A stretch of 64,000 nt of DNA from Treponemataceae bacterium (GCA_963678065.2 CAXXVZ010000003.1:1152001-1216000); one strand, 5' to 3'; positions 38,541 to 49,229 are shown, counted from the stretch's first letter. Numbers and translations: made by a program. The notes: a model not told the origin generated them from the letters alone.

Positions 38541-39238
38541 TGTTTTTCGGTCGCCCTGCCGCCGGCTCGGGCCTCGGCCCGGCCCGCCTTCCGCAGAGCC
38601 TCCCTGATGGCCCTGGCGATGCCTGGATGGCCCGAATCGAGCTCACCCATGATTCTCCTGCCCGACTGGCCGTCGACGCATTCCAGGATGCGGGCGAGGG
38701 ATTCGGGGCCGGATTCCGTTCCGGAATCCGGGGATTTCCTCCCATCGGGGCAGGAGGCTTCTTCTCTCGCTGTCCTTCCCTTTCCCGCGGGGCCGAGCCG
38801 GGTCTCCAGCACGCGCTCCACAGTCCTGACAGTTTCCGGGGCCGCCCTGTCGATGGAAGCAATGCGCCGCGCGATGTCCGATTGCATGGCTGCGGGGAGA
38901 TTGCGCAGGACGAAGGCCGCCCCTTCCGGCTCCATTCTGGAAAGCACGAGGGCTATGGTCTGAGGATGTTCGGAGCCCACAAGTTCGAGAATCCGCCCGG
39001 GATCGGCCTCTCCGGAAGCTTCCGTTGCCCGGTTCCTGTCCATGTGACCGCAGAAGGACCTCAGGGCATCGTACTTTTCGTCCTGATCGATGCAGTCCAG
39101 ACAGGAGATCTCGGCGGCGAGGCACTCTACCTCGGAGGGCGCGAGATGTCGGAAAACCTCCGCCGAGATGTCGGAGCCCAGTGTCACGAGGAGAAGGGCC
39201 GCCTTCCTGCGGGAACCCTGCGCGTCGCCGCCACTCAT
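38537..39238 (-). CDS. fliG: FliG, internally shortened and lacking the C-terminal torque domain
   Basis: RRKAALLLVTLGSDISAEVFRHL, EHPQTIALVLS, DIARRIASIDR..PE.VR.VERVLE. Ends at about 233 aa with no MFxFED region. Confidence 0.85.
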   Translation of the reverse strand: MSGGDAQGSRRKAALLLVTLGSDISAEVFRHLAPSEVECLAAEISCLDCIDQDEKYDALRSFCGHMDRNRATEASGEADPGRILELVGSEHPQTIALVLSRMEPEGAAFVLRNLPAAMQSDIARRIASIDRAAPETVRTVERVLETRLGPAGKGRTAREEASCPDGRKSPDSGTESGPESLARILECVDGQSGRRIMGELDSGHPGIARAIREALRKAGRAEARAGGRATEKQ

Positions 39239-40704
39239 GATTCGTTTTCCTCGCTGATCCACGAGCGGATGAGTCGGGCGACCTCGGCAGGGTCCTTGCG
39301 CGCCAGCTCGGCCGCTTCCTCCTGCAGACTGGCGCGGCGCCGCTCGAGAAGCTCGGTGTCGTCGGGGCTCATCCCCGCGCCGTCGCGCCCGGCTCCCGCG
39401 CCGGAGTTACGCGCGAGGCGGGCCTTCGTCAGGGAAACGACAAGAAGCACAAAAAGCACAAGAGCGAGGGCCGCGGCAGCCACGAAACCCGTCCGGTAGA
39501 GCCTGTCCGAATCCGCCTTGGCGAAATACGCCGCGTCCTCTGCTTTGAACTGGGCTGTCCTGTCGAAGGGGATGTTGCGGACAGTGAGCGAGTCGCCGCG
39601 CGCGGGCTTGAAGCCGACAGCGTCGCGGATGAGTTCCTCTGCCTGGGAGAGCTCGGCCGCCGGAATGGGGCTGTACTCCCTCTCTATCCCTCCGCGGGGA
39701 TTCACGAGGGGCTTCCCTTTCATGTCGTAGGAGGTTTTCCACAGGCCGTCTATGTTGACCGAGACGGAGATCCTGCCGATGAAGGGCGTGGATTCTTCGT
39801 CGATGCGGCCTGTGCCGGGCGCCGCGCTGCCGACCGCCGGGCCTGACGCATCCGTCTCGATCCTGACGGCGAGGTCGCGCACACGGTCGGCAGTGTAGAT
39901 CTGCTGGAGGGTTTTCAGGACCTGAGCCCGGTAACGCGATTCCATCTCGCGGACAAGCTTCTGCCGGGCGACCGTCTTTTCCAGATGGCCGAGGGGGGCT
40001 GATTCCGTCGCATCGTCCAGGACGACTCCGTCGGAATCCGTTATGACGACATTGTCGGCGGAGAGCCCTTCCACGGCGAAGCAGAGTATCCTGCGCACGC
40101 CCGCTATCTTGGCGGGGTTGCGCGCGAAATCGGAACCGGACTTCGTCTGGAGGACGACCGAGGCGGTGACCGGGTTCTGGTCTTCGCTGAAGAGTTCCTT
40201 TTCGGGCATGACGATGGCGACGTCGGCCCTCTCGATATCGTCTATGGACTCGATGTGGCGCTTTACTGCGGCCGTGACGGCTCTTCTGAGATTGACGTTC
40301 CGTTCGAAGTCGGTCGCTGTCCAGCGCTCCATATCGAAGATCGCCCAGGGATCTGTGCCGGTGGGCAGAAGGTCGTCGCGGATGAGGAGGGATCTCGCCC
40401 TGAGGGCGGAAGCCGCGTCGGGCGCGTAGAGGAAGTTTCCGTCGCGCAGCTCGTAGCTCACATTTCCGGCGTCGAGGCTGTGGGTCATCCTGACGAGGAG
40501 GCTCTGGTCTTTGACGGGGGCTCCGAGAATGCGCACCGAAGCCCGGCCCGCCCCGCCGCCCGGAAAAGCTCCGGCCAGGGCGAGAATGAGGATGGCGAGG
40601 ACGAGAACCGCCGCACAGGCGGCGATGAGCGCGATGATGTTGAAGCCGGACTTCTGCCTGAGATCTTTGATCCGCGCGGCGAGTCCATCGATGAATCCGT
40701 TCAT
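39235..40704 (-). CDS. fliF: MS-ring protein FliF (spirochaete type, shortened)
   Basis: N-terminal TM, DPWAIFDMERWTATDFERNVNLRRA, MPEKELF.EDQNPVTASV, AVEGL...N.VITD, C-terminal P.EVARLIRSWI. Confidence 0.9.
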   Translation of the reverse strand: MNGFIDGLAARIKDLRQKSGFNIIALIAACAAVLVLAILILALAGAFPGGGAGRASVRILGAPVKDQSLLVRMTHSLDAGNVSYELRDGNFLYAPDAASALRARSLLIRDDLLPTGTDPWAIFDMERWTATDFERNVNLRRAVTAAVKRHIESIDDIERADVAIVMPEKELFSEDQNPVTASVVLQTKSGSDFARNPAKIAGVRRILCFAVEGLSADNVVITDSDGVVLDDATESAPLGHLEKTVARQKLVREMESRYRAQVLKTLQQIYTADRVRDLAVRIETDASGPAVGSAAPGTGRIDEESTPFIGRISVSVNIDGLWKTSYDMKGKPLVNPRGGIEREYSPIPAAELSQAEELIRDAVGFKPARGDSLTVRNIPFDRTAQFKAEDAAYFAKADSDRLYRTGFVAAAALALVLFVLLVVSLTKARLARNSGAGAGRDGAGMSPDDTELLERRRASLQEEAAELARKDPAEVARLIRSWISEENES

Positions 40705-40732
40705 TTCCCCTCCCCCGCAAGCGTTCCGGAAA

Positions 40733-42106
40733 CTACAGAATGTACTTGCTCAAATCCTGCCTCTCCGCGAAGTCGATAAATTTCGAGTCGACGTAGGCCG
40801 CGTCCACCACGACGCTGGTCCCCGCGCGGTCGGGAGCCTCGAAGGAGATGTCCTCGAGGAGTCTCTCCATGACCGTGTGGAGGCGCCTCGCGCCGATGTT
40901 TTCGGTGGTGGCGTTCGCCTGGGCGGCGATCGAAGCGACGCGGGAAACCGCTTCCGGCGAAATTTCGACACTGAGGCCTTCGGTCGCGAGGAGCTCCACG
41001 TACTGGGTCACGAGAGCGTTCTTCGGCTCGGTCAGTATCCTCTCGAAATCCCTGGCCGTGAGGTCCTCGAGCTCCACCCTGATGGGAAAGCGCCCCTGTA
41101 GCTCGGGTATGAGGTCTTCGGGCTTGGAGACGTTGAAGGCTCCCGCGGCTATGAAGAGGATGTGGGAGGTGTCGACGGGCCCCCACTTGGTCGAGACCGT
41201 CGAGCCCTCCACGATGGGCAGGATGTCCCGCTGCACGCCCTCGCGGGAGACGTCGATGCCGCCTGCGCTCCGGCCTTCCCGGTTGGCGATCTTGTCGAAC
41301 TCGTCGATGAAGACGATGCCCATCTCCTGGACGCGGCGCCTCGCCTCCTCGGCGGCGTTGTCGGAATCGACGAGCTTGTCCATCTCCTCGGCCTCGAGGA
41401 TGCGGCGGGCATCCGCCACGTTCACGGCTTTCTTCTTTTTCTTGCCGCCGAACATGGATGTGATGGAGCCGATGGCGGCCTCCATATCCTCCATCTTCGC
41501 GCCGGAGAATATTTCGAGCCCCGGCTGCTGAGCCTGGATGTTCAGTTCGACCTCGCGCTTGTCGAGGGCCCCTGAATGGAGAAGTTTGCGGAATTTCTCG
41601 CGGGAGTCCGTCTGAAAGCCGGTATCACCCGCGACATAGGTGGCCTGGGTGGGGCCTATGGGCTCGACCGAACCCTTGATCCCCGGCAAAAGGAGGTCGA
41701 GAAGCCTCTCCTCGGCCCTGCGCTTCGACTCCTCCTGCACTCCCTGGCGCATCTCTTCCTTGACGGCGGCGATGCCGGCGGCCATGAGGTCGCGTATCAT
41801 CGATTCGACATCGCGCCCGACATAGCCGACCTCGGTGTACTTGGTGGCCTCGACCTTGATGAAGGGGGCCCCGCAGAGCTTGGCGAGGCGCCGCGCGATC
41901 TCGGTCTTGCCGACGCCGGTGGGACCGATCATGAGGATGTTCTTGGGGATGATGTCGGCGCGCATGTCCTCGGAGAGACGCTGGCGGCGCATGCGGTTGC
42001 GCAGGGCGAGGGCTACCGCGCGCTTCGCCCTGGCCTGGCCGACGATGTAGCGGTCGAGTTCCCCGACTATCCATTTCGGGGTCATGCTCTCGAAGGAGAC
42101 GCTCAT
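40733..42106 (-). CDS. hslU: ATP-dependent protease ATPase subunit HslU
   Basis: [44 protein letters not shown]. Confidence 0.98.
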   Translation of the reverse strand: MSVSFESMTPKWIVGELDRYIVGQARAKRAVALALRNRMRRQRLSEDMRADIIPKNILMIGPTGVGKTEIARRLAKLCGAPFIKVEATKYTEVGYVGRDVESMIRDLMAAGIAAVKEEMRQGVQEESKRRAEERLLDLLLPGIKGSVEPIGPTQATYVAGDTGFQTDSREKFRKLLHSGALDKREVELNIQAQQPGLEIFSGAKMEDMEAAIGSITSMFGGKKKKKAVNVADARRILEAEEMDKLVDSDNAAEEARRRVQEMGIVFIDEFDKIANREGRSAGGIDVSREGVQRDILPIVEGSTVSTKWGPVDTSHILFIAAGAFNVSKPEDLIPELQGRFPIRVELEDLTARDFERILTEPKNALVTQYVELLATEGLSVEISPEAVSRVASIAAQANATTENIGARRLHTVMERLLEDISFEAPDRAGTSVVVDAAYVDSKFIDFAERQDLSKYIL

Positions 42107-42636
42107 TCGGCCACCTCCACCACGATCTTGTCGTTCGTGTAGATGCAGATGCCGCCCGCTATGCCGAGGCTGCGCCGGGCTATCTCGTCGGCGGCGAGGT
42201 CGGTCCCGTCGAGGTAGGCCAGGGCTGCGGCGTAGGCGTAGGGGCCGCCGGAGCCGATGGCGATGACGTTTTCCGCGGGCTCGATCACATCGCCCGTGCC
42301 GGAGAGGAGGAGGGCCTTATCCTTGTCGGCGACGAGGAGCATCGCCTCGAGCTTGCGCAGTATCTTGTCCGTGCGCCAGTCCTTCGCGAGCTCGACGGCG
42401 GCGCGGGTCAGGTCGCCCTGGTACTGCTCGATCTTCTTCTCGAAATGCTCGAAGAGGGTGAAAGCGTCGGCGGTCGCCCCCGCGAAGCCGCAGAGGATCT
42501 TGCCGCCGAAGGTCGTCCTGACCTTGCGGGCGTTGTTTTTCATGACGGTGTTGCCGAGGGTGACCTGTCCGTCCCCCGCCATGGCCATGCGGCCGTTGCG
42601 CTTGACCGCGATTATGGTTGTCGATCTGATCTTCAT
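42103..42636 (-). CDS. hslV: ATP-dependent protease peptidase subunit HslV
   Basis: STTIIAV...[23 protein letters not shown]. Confidence 0.98.
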   Translation of the reverse strand: MKIRSTTIIAVKRNGRMAMAGDGQVTLGNTVMKNNARKVRTTFGGKILCGFAGATADAFTLFEHFEKKIEQYQGDLTRAAVELAKDWRTDKILRKLEAMLLVADKDKALLLSGTGDVIEPAENVIAIGSGGPYAYAAALAYLDGTDLAADEIARRSLGIAGGICIYTNDKIVVEVAE

Positions 42637-43532
42637 CGTGTTTCTCCCTTCCTTGCCTTTCCCGCGTGCGGATGTGCATTTTCGTAGACACTGCGCAGTC
42701 GCGCCATGTCGACATGGGCGTATACCTGTGTAGTCGATACGCTCTCGTGCCCGAGAAGTTCCTGGACTATGCGGATATCGGCTCCATTCTCGACGAGATG
42801 GGTCGCGAAGCTGTGCCGGAACGCGTGGGGCGAAACCCTCTTCCTGACTCCGCTTTCAAGGCTCCTCCTGTCGACGATGAGCTCGATGCCGCGCTCGGTC
42901 AGCCTCGTTCCCCTCATGTTGATGAAAAGAGGTCCGGAGCCCGCACCGTAGCGTCGCGCCCTGTAGGGCAGGTAGGCCGCGAGGGCTCTGCGGGCCGGGG
43001 CGGCGAGGAAGACTATCCTCTCTTTAGCCCCCTTGCCGAGAACTATCGCGGTTCCGTTCCCGAGATCCAGCCTTTCGAGGGTCATCCCGGCGACCTCGCC
43101 GACGCGGCAGCCCGTGCTGTAGAGAACTTCGAGGAGGGCGCGGTCGCGGACCGAGCGGAAATCCTCGCCATCGACGCCGGAGATGATGTCGGTGATCTCT
43201 TCCTTGAAGAGGAAGCGCGGCAGAGGGCGCCCGGTCCCGAGGTTCTCGATGTCGCGCGAGGGGTCCTCGGTCATGAAGCCGAAGCGGACCCGGTAGCGGT
43301 AGTAGCCGCGGATCGAGGAGAGGGAGCGGTTCACGCTCGACGAGGCGAGGCCGCCCTGCACGAGAGAGGCGACAAAGTTCCGTATATCTGATGCCGCGAC
43401 CCTGTCGGGGTCCATGCCATCCAGATGGGTGGAAAAGTGTCCGAAGTCCTCGCGGTAGGAGCGGAGAGTCCGCTCGGCAAGTCCTCGCACGGACTCGAGA
43501 TAGGCGAGGTAGTCCTCAATCTTCGGGTCCAT
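42633..43532 (-). CDS. xerC: Tyrosine recombinase (XerC/CodV-like)
   Basis: [36 protein letters not shown]. Confidence 0.85.
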   Translation of the reverse strand: MDPKIEDYLAYLESVRGLAERTLRSYREDFGHFSTHLDGMDPDRVAASDIRNFVASLVQGGLASSSVNRSLSSIRGYYRYRVRFGFMTEDPSRDIENLGTGRPLPRFLFKEEITDIISGVDGEDFRSVRDRALLEVLYSTGCRVGEVAGMTLERLDLGNGTAIVLGKGAKERIVFLAAPARRALAAYLPYRARRYGAGSGPLFINMRGTRLTERGIELIVDRRSLESGVRKRVSPHAFRHSFATHLVENGADIRIVQELLGHESVSTTQVYAHVDMARLRSVYENAHPHAGKARKGETR

Positions 43533-45783
43533 GTTCATCCTCGTCGGTCTGGAAGTGGAGATAGTCACAGTCCGGATTGATGCAGGCTTTGTGTCCGCCC
43601 GTCTTGCGGTCCACCTTCTCCACGAGAGGCCAGCCACACTTCGGGCAGGGCGCGCCCGTCGGTTTGTCGTAGGTGATGAAATCGCACTCGGGATAGCGGT
43701 CGCAGCCGAAGAATTCCCTTCCGGCTCCCCTCGCCTTGCGCCTCGCGACGACATCGCCGCCGCATTTCGGGCACTTCGCGAGCGGAACGGAGCGGGTGTT
43801 CCGGCATTCCGGGAAACCGGTGCAGGCGAGGAAGAAGCCGAAACGCCCGAGTTTTTTGACCATGGGCTTGCCGCACTTCTCGCAGACGATGTCGGTGCTC
43901 TCGTCGAGGGTCCCGCGGTAGGATGCGAGGCTCTCCATGATCTCGTCGATGCGCTTCTTGAAAGGGCCGTAGAAGTCGCCTATGACCTTGACCCAGTCGG
44001 CGCGCGATTCGTCGACCTCGTCGAGCTTGGTCTCCATGAATGCGGTGAAGCCCGCCTCGACCACGGTCGGGAACGATTCGACGAGAATGTCGTTTATCAT
44101 CCTGCCGAGGGTGGTGGGCACGAGCTGACGCGTTTCCCTGGTGACGTAGTAGCGCTCGAGGAGAACGGAGATCGTGGGCGCGTAGGTCGAGGGGCGTCCG
44201 ATCCCCTGCTCTTCCATGGCCTTGATTATGGAAGCATCGGTGAAACGGGAGGGTCCCTGGGTGAAGTGCTGTTCGGGTTTGAGGCCCTCGACCTTGAGCT
44301 TTTCTCCCGCGACGAGGGGCGGGGCCGCGTGGGCTTCCTTGTCTTCGCGGGCGATCCCGACCTTGAGGACGGCGAAGAATCCCCTGTCCACGAGCCGTGA
44401 AGTCGAGGAGCGGAACACCGCGTCGCCGATGAGGATGTCGGAGCCCGTCACGGACATGCGCGCGCTGGCCATCTGACTCGCGACAAAGCGCTCCCATATG
44501 AGGGCATAGAGCTTGTACTGGTCTTTGGTGAGGGATTCCTTGATCGCGTCGGGAACGTAGTGGACAGTCGTCGGCCTGATGGCCTCGTGGGCGTCCTGGG
44601 CCTTGGCATCCTGAGCGTAGACGATAGGCGCATCGGGCAGGGCGCCGGGGAATTCCTTCGCTATGTAGCCGCGGACTTCCTCGATGGCGCCTGCGGAAAT
44701 CCTCGTCGAGTCGGTGCGCATGTAGGTTATGAGACCGATGCGTGTCGAGCCGACGTTGACGCCTTCATAGAGCTGCTGGGCAAGCTGCATGGTTTTCTTG
44801 CTCGTGAAGCCGAGGCGGTTGGCCGCCGTCTGCTGGAGCTTGGAGGTGGTGAAGGGAGCCTTGGGTTTCAGTATCCTCTCGCTCTCTTTGATCTCTCCGA
44901 CGACGGCGTCTTTGCCCTCGATATCCTTCACGATGGCGAGCACGTCCGCTTCAACGCCGAGCTCGGGCTTGGCGCCGCGGTAGAGGGCGAGTTCGGCCGA
45001 GAATCCTACCCTTCCTTTCTTGAATTCCGCGTCGAGGCTCCAGTACTCGGTGGGAATGAAGGATTCGACTTCTTTCTCCCGGTCGCAGATGAGGCGGAGG
45101 GCCACGGACTGGACGCGGCCGGCGGAGAGGCCGTTCTTCACCTTCTTCCATAGAAGTGGCGAGAGATTGTAGCCGACGAGACGGTCGAGGACACGGCGGG
45201 CTTTCTGGGCGTCGACCTTGGGGATGTCGAGGCTGTGGGGATTCTTGACCGCTTCCTTGATCGCCGCCGGGGTGATTTCGTTGAATATGATGCGCTCGCA
45301 GGGGAGTCCGGGGATCTTTTCCTGGAGGTATTTGCCGATCTGGAAGGCGATGGCCTCCCCTTCGCGGTCAGGGTCCGACGCGAGGAGGACGAGCTTGGCC
45401 TTTTTCGCGGCCTTGTGCAGGTCCTTGAGGAGGGCCGCCTTGCCGCGTATCGTCATGTACTCGGGCTCGAAGCCATTCTCCGTGTCGACGCCGAGGCGCG
45501 ATTTGGGCAGGTCGATGAGGTGTCCCATCGAGGCGAGGACGGTGTATTTCGATCCGAGATATTTTTCGATTGTCTTGGCCTTGGCGGGAGACTCGACGAT
45601 GACGAGTGTGCCTGAGGGAGCGGCCTTGGCGGTCTTTTCGGCCTTGGAACCCGCACTCTTTCCGGCGGCGGGAGTCTTTCTCGGCTTCGCCGCGCCCGCG
45701 GAGGCCTGGGCCGCCTTCGTCGGACCAGAGGTCCTGGCAGTCTTTTTCGTCGTCGCAGTCTTTTTTGTTCCTGTAGCTGCCAT
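43516..45783 (-). CDS. topA: DNA topoisomerase I
   Basis: LVIVESPAKAKTI, DPDREGE, SAGRVQS, ITYMRTD, C-terminal zinc ribbons. Confidence 0.98.
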   Translation of the reverse strand: MAATGTKKTATTKKTARTSGPTKAAQASAGAAKPRKTPAAGKSAGSKAEKTAKAAPSGTLVIVESPAKAKTIEKYLGSKYTVLASMGHLIDLPKSRLGVDTENGFEPEYMTIRGKAALLKDLHKAAKKAKLVLLASDPDREGEAIAFQIGKYLQEKIPGLPCERIIFNEITPAAIKEAVKNPHSLDIPKVDAQKARRVLDRLVGYNLSPLLWKKVKNGLSAGRVQSVALRLICDREKEVESFIPTEYWSLDAEFKKGRVGFSAELALYRGAKPELGVEADVLAIVKDIEGKDAVVGEIKESERILKPKAPFTTSKLQQTAANRLGFTSKKTMQLAQQLYEGVNVGSTRIGLITYMRTDSTRISAGAIEEVRGYIAKEFPGALPDAPIVYAQDAKAQDAHEAIRPTTVHYVPDAIKESLTKDQYKLYALIWERFVASQMASARMSVTGSDILIGDAVFRSSTSRLVDRGFFAVLKVGIAREDKEAHAAPPLVAGEKLKVEGLKPEQHFTQGPSRFTDASIIKAMEEQGIGRPSTYAPTISVLLERYYVTRETRQLVPTTLGRMINDILVESFPTVVEAGFTAFMETKLDEVDESRADWVKVIGDFYGPFKKRIDEIMESLASYRGTLDESTDIVCEKCGKPMVKKLGRFGFFLACTGFPECRNTRSVPLAKCPKCGGDVVARRKARGAGREFFGCDRYPECDFITYDKPTGAPCPKCGWPLVEKVDRKTGGHKACINPDCDYLHFQTDEDEHGPED

Positions 45784-45833
45784 GTTCGATAAATCTCCTG
45801 ATCCTTGGATGATCCCGGCCACGCCGGATCCCT

Positions 45834-46880
45834 TCACCGCATTTCCATGCCGAGCTCAAGCCGAAGTGCCTCTGCCTGAACCTGTCCCGGCCTGTCGCCT
45901 GAACCCGCAGAGCCGCGCGATTCCGGCCGATTCCTGCCACCGGACGCTGACTTGACCTCACCCACTCCGCCAGACTCCGCGCAGGGCAGGGCCAAGCCCC
46001 AGTCGCAAAGGAGTTCCCGCGCTCCGGAAAGGACTGGAGCGCCCGCGGCCGCCAGAGCGTCCGCCCCTGCGTTTCGCTGGCCTCCCGCGCAGTCTCCGTG
46101 CACCCAGACATCCCTTCCTTCCGAAAGAGCGTGCTCCGCGGTGATGAGGGCTCCCGAAACAGCCGGAGCTTCCACGACGACGCAGGCGCGCGCGAGCCCC
46201 GCGATGATCCTGTTGCGCTCCGGAAAACGGTATTTGTGGATTCCGGTGTCCGGAGGATACTCGGAGACGAGGCCGCCGCCCGATTCCAGGATTTCCGCCG
46301 CCAGGCTCCGGTTCGAGGGAGGATATATCCGATCGATCCCGCAGGGCAACACCGCCCAGGTATGGCCGCCGGAGCCGACCGCCCCGATAGCTCCGCGGTG
46401 TGCCGCCGAATCGATGCCGAGCGCGAGGCCGGAAATCACGGAAATTCCCGCGCGGATCAGAGCCCCGGCGAGACAGGCGGCCGCGGATAGTCCGGTGCCC
46501 GTCGGAGAGCGCGTCCCCACGATGGCCGCCGCCGGTTTTGCAGGATCGGGAAGCCCGCCCCGGAAGAAGAGTCCGACAGGCGGAACTGCGGTTTCGCGCA
46601 GGAGCGGGGGATACCGGACGTCGTCATAATGTACATACGAGATGCCCATGCGGTCAAAGAGCTCCAGATCCCGCGCCGCGAGGGCGATCGCCCGCGCAGG
46701 TTGCCAGCTGCCGGCGCTCTTCTCCCGCCCCGTGCAGGCCCTGATGTCGGCGGCAGTGAGGTTTTCAAGATCGCGGATGTCCCGGCAGAGGTCGGAGAGC
46801 AGTATCTTTTCTTCCCTCCGGAGTCCCTCGAGCCGGTGGATAGCGATGAGAAGGGTGGACTCGTCTCGCGTGTCGTGCAT
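45834..46880 (-). CDS. dprA: DNA-processing protein DprA/Smf
   Basis: AIVGTR, ISGLALGIDSAAH, VSEYPP, FPERNRIIAGL, SGALITA. Confidence 0.95.
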   Translation of the reverse strand: MHDTRDESTLLIAIHRLEGLRREEKILLSDLCRDIRDLENLTAADIRACTGREKSAGSWQPARAIALAARDLELFDRMGISYVHYDDVRYPPLLRETAVPPVGLFFRGGLPDPAKPAAAIVGTRSPTGTGLSAAACLAGALIRAGISVISGLALGIDSAAHRGAIGAVGSGGHTWAVLPCGIDRIYPPSNRSLAAEILESGGGLVSEYPPDTGIHKYRFPERNRIIAGLARACVVVEAPAVSGALITAEHALSEGRDVWVHGDCAGGQRNAGADALAAAGAPVLSGARELLCDWGLALPCAESGGVGEVKSASGGRNRPESRGSAGSGDRPGQVQAEALRLELGMEMR

Positions 46881-46938
46881 GGTAAAGCCCCCTCTCCCTC
46901 TACGTCGCCGAAGCCCCGTTCCGATTGCGGATACGGCC

Positions 46939-47934
46939 CTACTGCCGCGGAAAATATTCTCCGTGGTACTCGGCGAGCCCCTCTTTCTCGATATGGGTGT
47001 AGATCTGCGTCGTCGTGATGTCCGAGTGACCGAGCAGCTCCTGCACCGTCCGGAGGTCCGCGCCGCCCTCGAGAAGGTGGGTGGCGAAGCTGTGACGGAA
47101 GGTGTGGACCTTGGCCGACACACCGGAAATATCGCGCACGCCGTCAAAGCGCTTCCATATTCCTTTGCGGGAGATCCCGTTCCCTGCCTGATTCAGGAAG
47201 ACGAGTTCGGACCTCTTGTTTTTTGCGAGGAGAGGACGCCCCTCCTCGAGATAGCGCGAAAGCCAGGCCGCGGCCTCTTCCCCGAAGGGCACGAGCCTCT
47301 CCTTGCGCCGTTTGCCGAGAACCCGCACGACCCGTTCGTCCAGGTAAAGCCTGTCGAAGGTCAGGCCCGCGGCCTCCGAAACGCGCAGGCCGCAGGAGTA
47401 GATGAGTTCGAAGAGCGCCCGGTCCCGGAGGCCGCGGGGACTCCCTGTTTCGACCGACGACAGGAAGTGGTTGATACTCTCGAGAGGGAGGACGGAAGGA
47501 AGGGTTTTCTCCTGCTTGGGAGTCAGGATGAGGGCTGTCGGATCATCGCTCCGTATCCCCTCCAGTCTGAGGAATTTGAAGATGGAGTGCAGGCTCGAGA
47601 CGATGCGGGCCATGGTTTTCCGGGACAGACCCGTCTTTTCGGCAGAGGGCGGCACAGGCGGTTTTGCTATCGGGTTTTCGTCCGCGGCAGCATCCACAGC
47701 CCTTCCCGGACCTGCCTCCCGCCCGCGCTCCTGAGCCGCAACGACCGGCGTCTTCTGGCGCCAGATGAGGTATTCGAGGATATCCCGGCTCTCCGCGCGC
47801 GCGATATCCTTTCCCCGCCGGTCGAGCCAGGCTTCGAGGACGAGATATTCGTGCACGTAGGCTTCCGCCGTCAGAGGCGAACGGCGGCGGGCCGCGAGGA
47901 GATAGGCCCTGTACCGGAGAGCCGGACCCGTCAC
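46939..47934 (-). CDS. xerD: Tyrosine recombinase (XerD-like)
   Basis: [55 protein letters not shown] start. Confidence 0.85.
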   Translation of the reverse strand: MTGPALRYRAYLLAARRRSPLTAEAYVHEYLVLEAWLDRRGKDIARAESRDILEYLIWRQKTPVVAAQERGREAGPGRAVDAAADENPIAKPPVPPSAEKTGLSRKTMARIVSSLHSIFKFLRLEGIRSDDPTALILTPKQEKTLPSVLPLESINHFLSSVETGSPRGLRDRALFELIYSCGLRVSEAAGLTFDRLYLDERVVRVLGKRRKERLVPFGEEAAAWLSRYLEEGRPLLAKNKRSELVFLNQAGNGISRKGIWKRFDGVRDISGVSAKVHTFRHSFATHLLEGGADLRTVQELLGHSDITTTQIYTHIEKEGLAEYHGEYFPRQ

Positions 47935-47936
47935 GC

Positions 47937-49229
47937 TCAGACCCCGGGCTTTTCGCCGGCGTAGCGGCGGTCGCGCAGCACGGTCGGAATGTCGAGCTCG
48001 GTGTTTTCGTCGGCGCCCGGAGCCCGCGTTCCGCGCTGGGGCACCGAGTTGAAAATCCTCTCCCACTCGTTCTGGGAAATGTTGCCCTCGTCGTTCTTCC
48101 GGACTTCCATCGGCTTGGCGGGGTTCTTGGCCACGTTCAAAGTCGGAGTCGCCGACGCAGTCGCCGCCTCGACGATTCTCGCGGCCACATCGTCGTTGCG
48201 CGCGAAGCCAGTGGCGATCACGGTGACCCTGACTTCGTCGCCCATCGACGGATCGATGATGAAGCCGGTGATGACGTGGGCGTCATCGTTGGCCTTCTCG
48301 GTGATGAGGTCGACGATTTCCTGGTACTCGATGAGGGAGAAATCCTCTCCGCCCGTCACGTTGACGAGGATATTCTTGGCTCCCTCGATGCGGGAGTCTT
48401 CGAGGAGGGGATTGTTCACGGCCTTGGAGGCCGCCTCGACAGCCCTGTTGTCTCCGGTGGCGGCGCCGATGCCCATGATCGCGTCGCCCTTCCCTTCCAT
48501 GATCGTCCTGACATCGGCGAAGTCGATGTTGATCTCGCCGGGCACGGTGATGAGGTCGGAGATGCCCTGCACGCCCTGGCGGAGAACCTCGTCCGCCATG
48601 CGGAAGGCTTCCTTGATCGGCGTCCGGCGCTCCACGATCTTGGTCAGATTCTGATTGGGGATGACGATGACGGTGTCGACGGCCTGGCGGAGTTTCTGGA
48701 GCCCCTCTTCGGCTATCCGGGAGACGACTTTTCCTTCGAAATTGAAGGGCTTGGTCACGACGCCTACGGTGAGCGCGCCGAGATCCCTCGCGATCTGCGC
48801 GATGACGGGCGCCGCTCCCGTGCCCGTTCCGCCGCCCATGCCCGAGGTCACGAAGACCATGTCTGCGCCGCGCAGCGCGTCCTCGATGGCGTCTCTGTCC
48901 TCAAGAGCGGCCTTCTCCCCGATATCGGGCTTTCCGCCCGCGCCGAGACCGCGCGTCACCTTCTCTCCGATGCCGAGCTTGATGTCGGCCTTCGAGAGAC
49001 GGAGCGCCTGAAGATCGGTGTTCACGACGATGAACTCGACATTGGAGAGTCCCCCGTCGATCATCCTGTTCACCGCGCTCGAGCCGCCGCCGCCCGCCCC
49101 GATCACCTTGATCACGGTCGGATTCACCGTCGGGAGCGCGGAGGAATCATCTTCCGCGATTTCCGTGTGCGACGTTCCCTTCGAAACCAATGATCCCGTT
49201 TTCCCCTCATCCACCATGGCGATTGTCAT
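47937..49229 (-). CDS. ftsZ: Cell division protein FtsZ
   Basis: [17 protein letters not shown]-terminal LDIPTVLR. Confidence 0.98.
   Translation of the reverse strand: MTIAMVDEGKTGSLVSKGTSHTEIAEDDSSALPTVNPTVIKVIGAGGGGSSAVNRMIDGGLSNVEFIVVNTDLQALRLSKADIKLGIGEKVTRGLGAGGKPDIGEKAALEDRDAIEDALRGADMVFVTSGMGGGTGTGAAPVIAQIARDLGALTVGVVTKPFNFEGKVVSRIAEEGLQKLRQAVDTVIVIPNQNLTKIVERRTPIKEAFRMADEVLRQGVQGISDLITVPGEINIDFADVRTIMEGKGDAIMGIGAATGDNRAVEAASKAVNNPLLEDSRIEGAKNILVNVTGGEDFSLIEYQEIVDLITEKANDDAHVITGFIIDPSMGDEVRVTVIATGFARNDDVAARIVEAATASATPTLNVAKNPAKPMEVRKNDEGNISQNEWERIFNSVPQRGTRAPGADENTELDIPTVLRDRRYAGEKPGV

Noticed and set aside
28663..40704. Calling the cluster an injectisome or a set of pseudogenes
   Set aside because: The genes are flagellar type in flagellar synteny with no secretin or needle genes, and no frameshifts or internal stops are seen.
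42633..47934. Two tyrosine recombinases as a prophage or integrative element
   Set aside because: The xer-dprA-topA-xer-hslVU arrangement is housekeeping synteny, with no att sites or phage genes.
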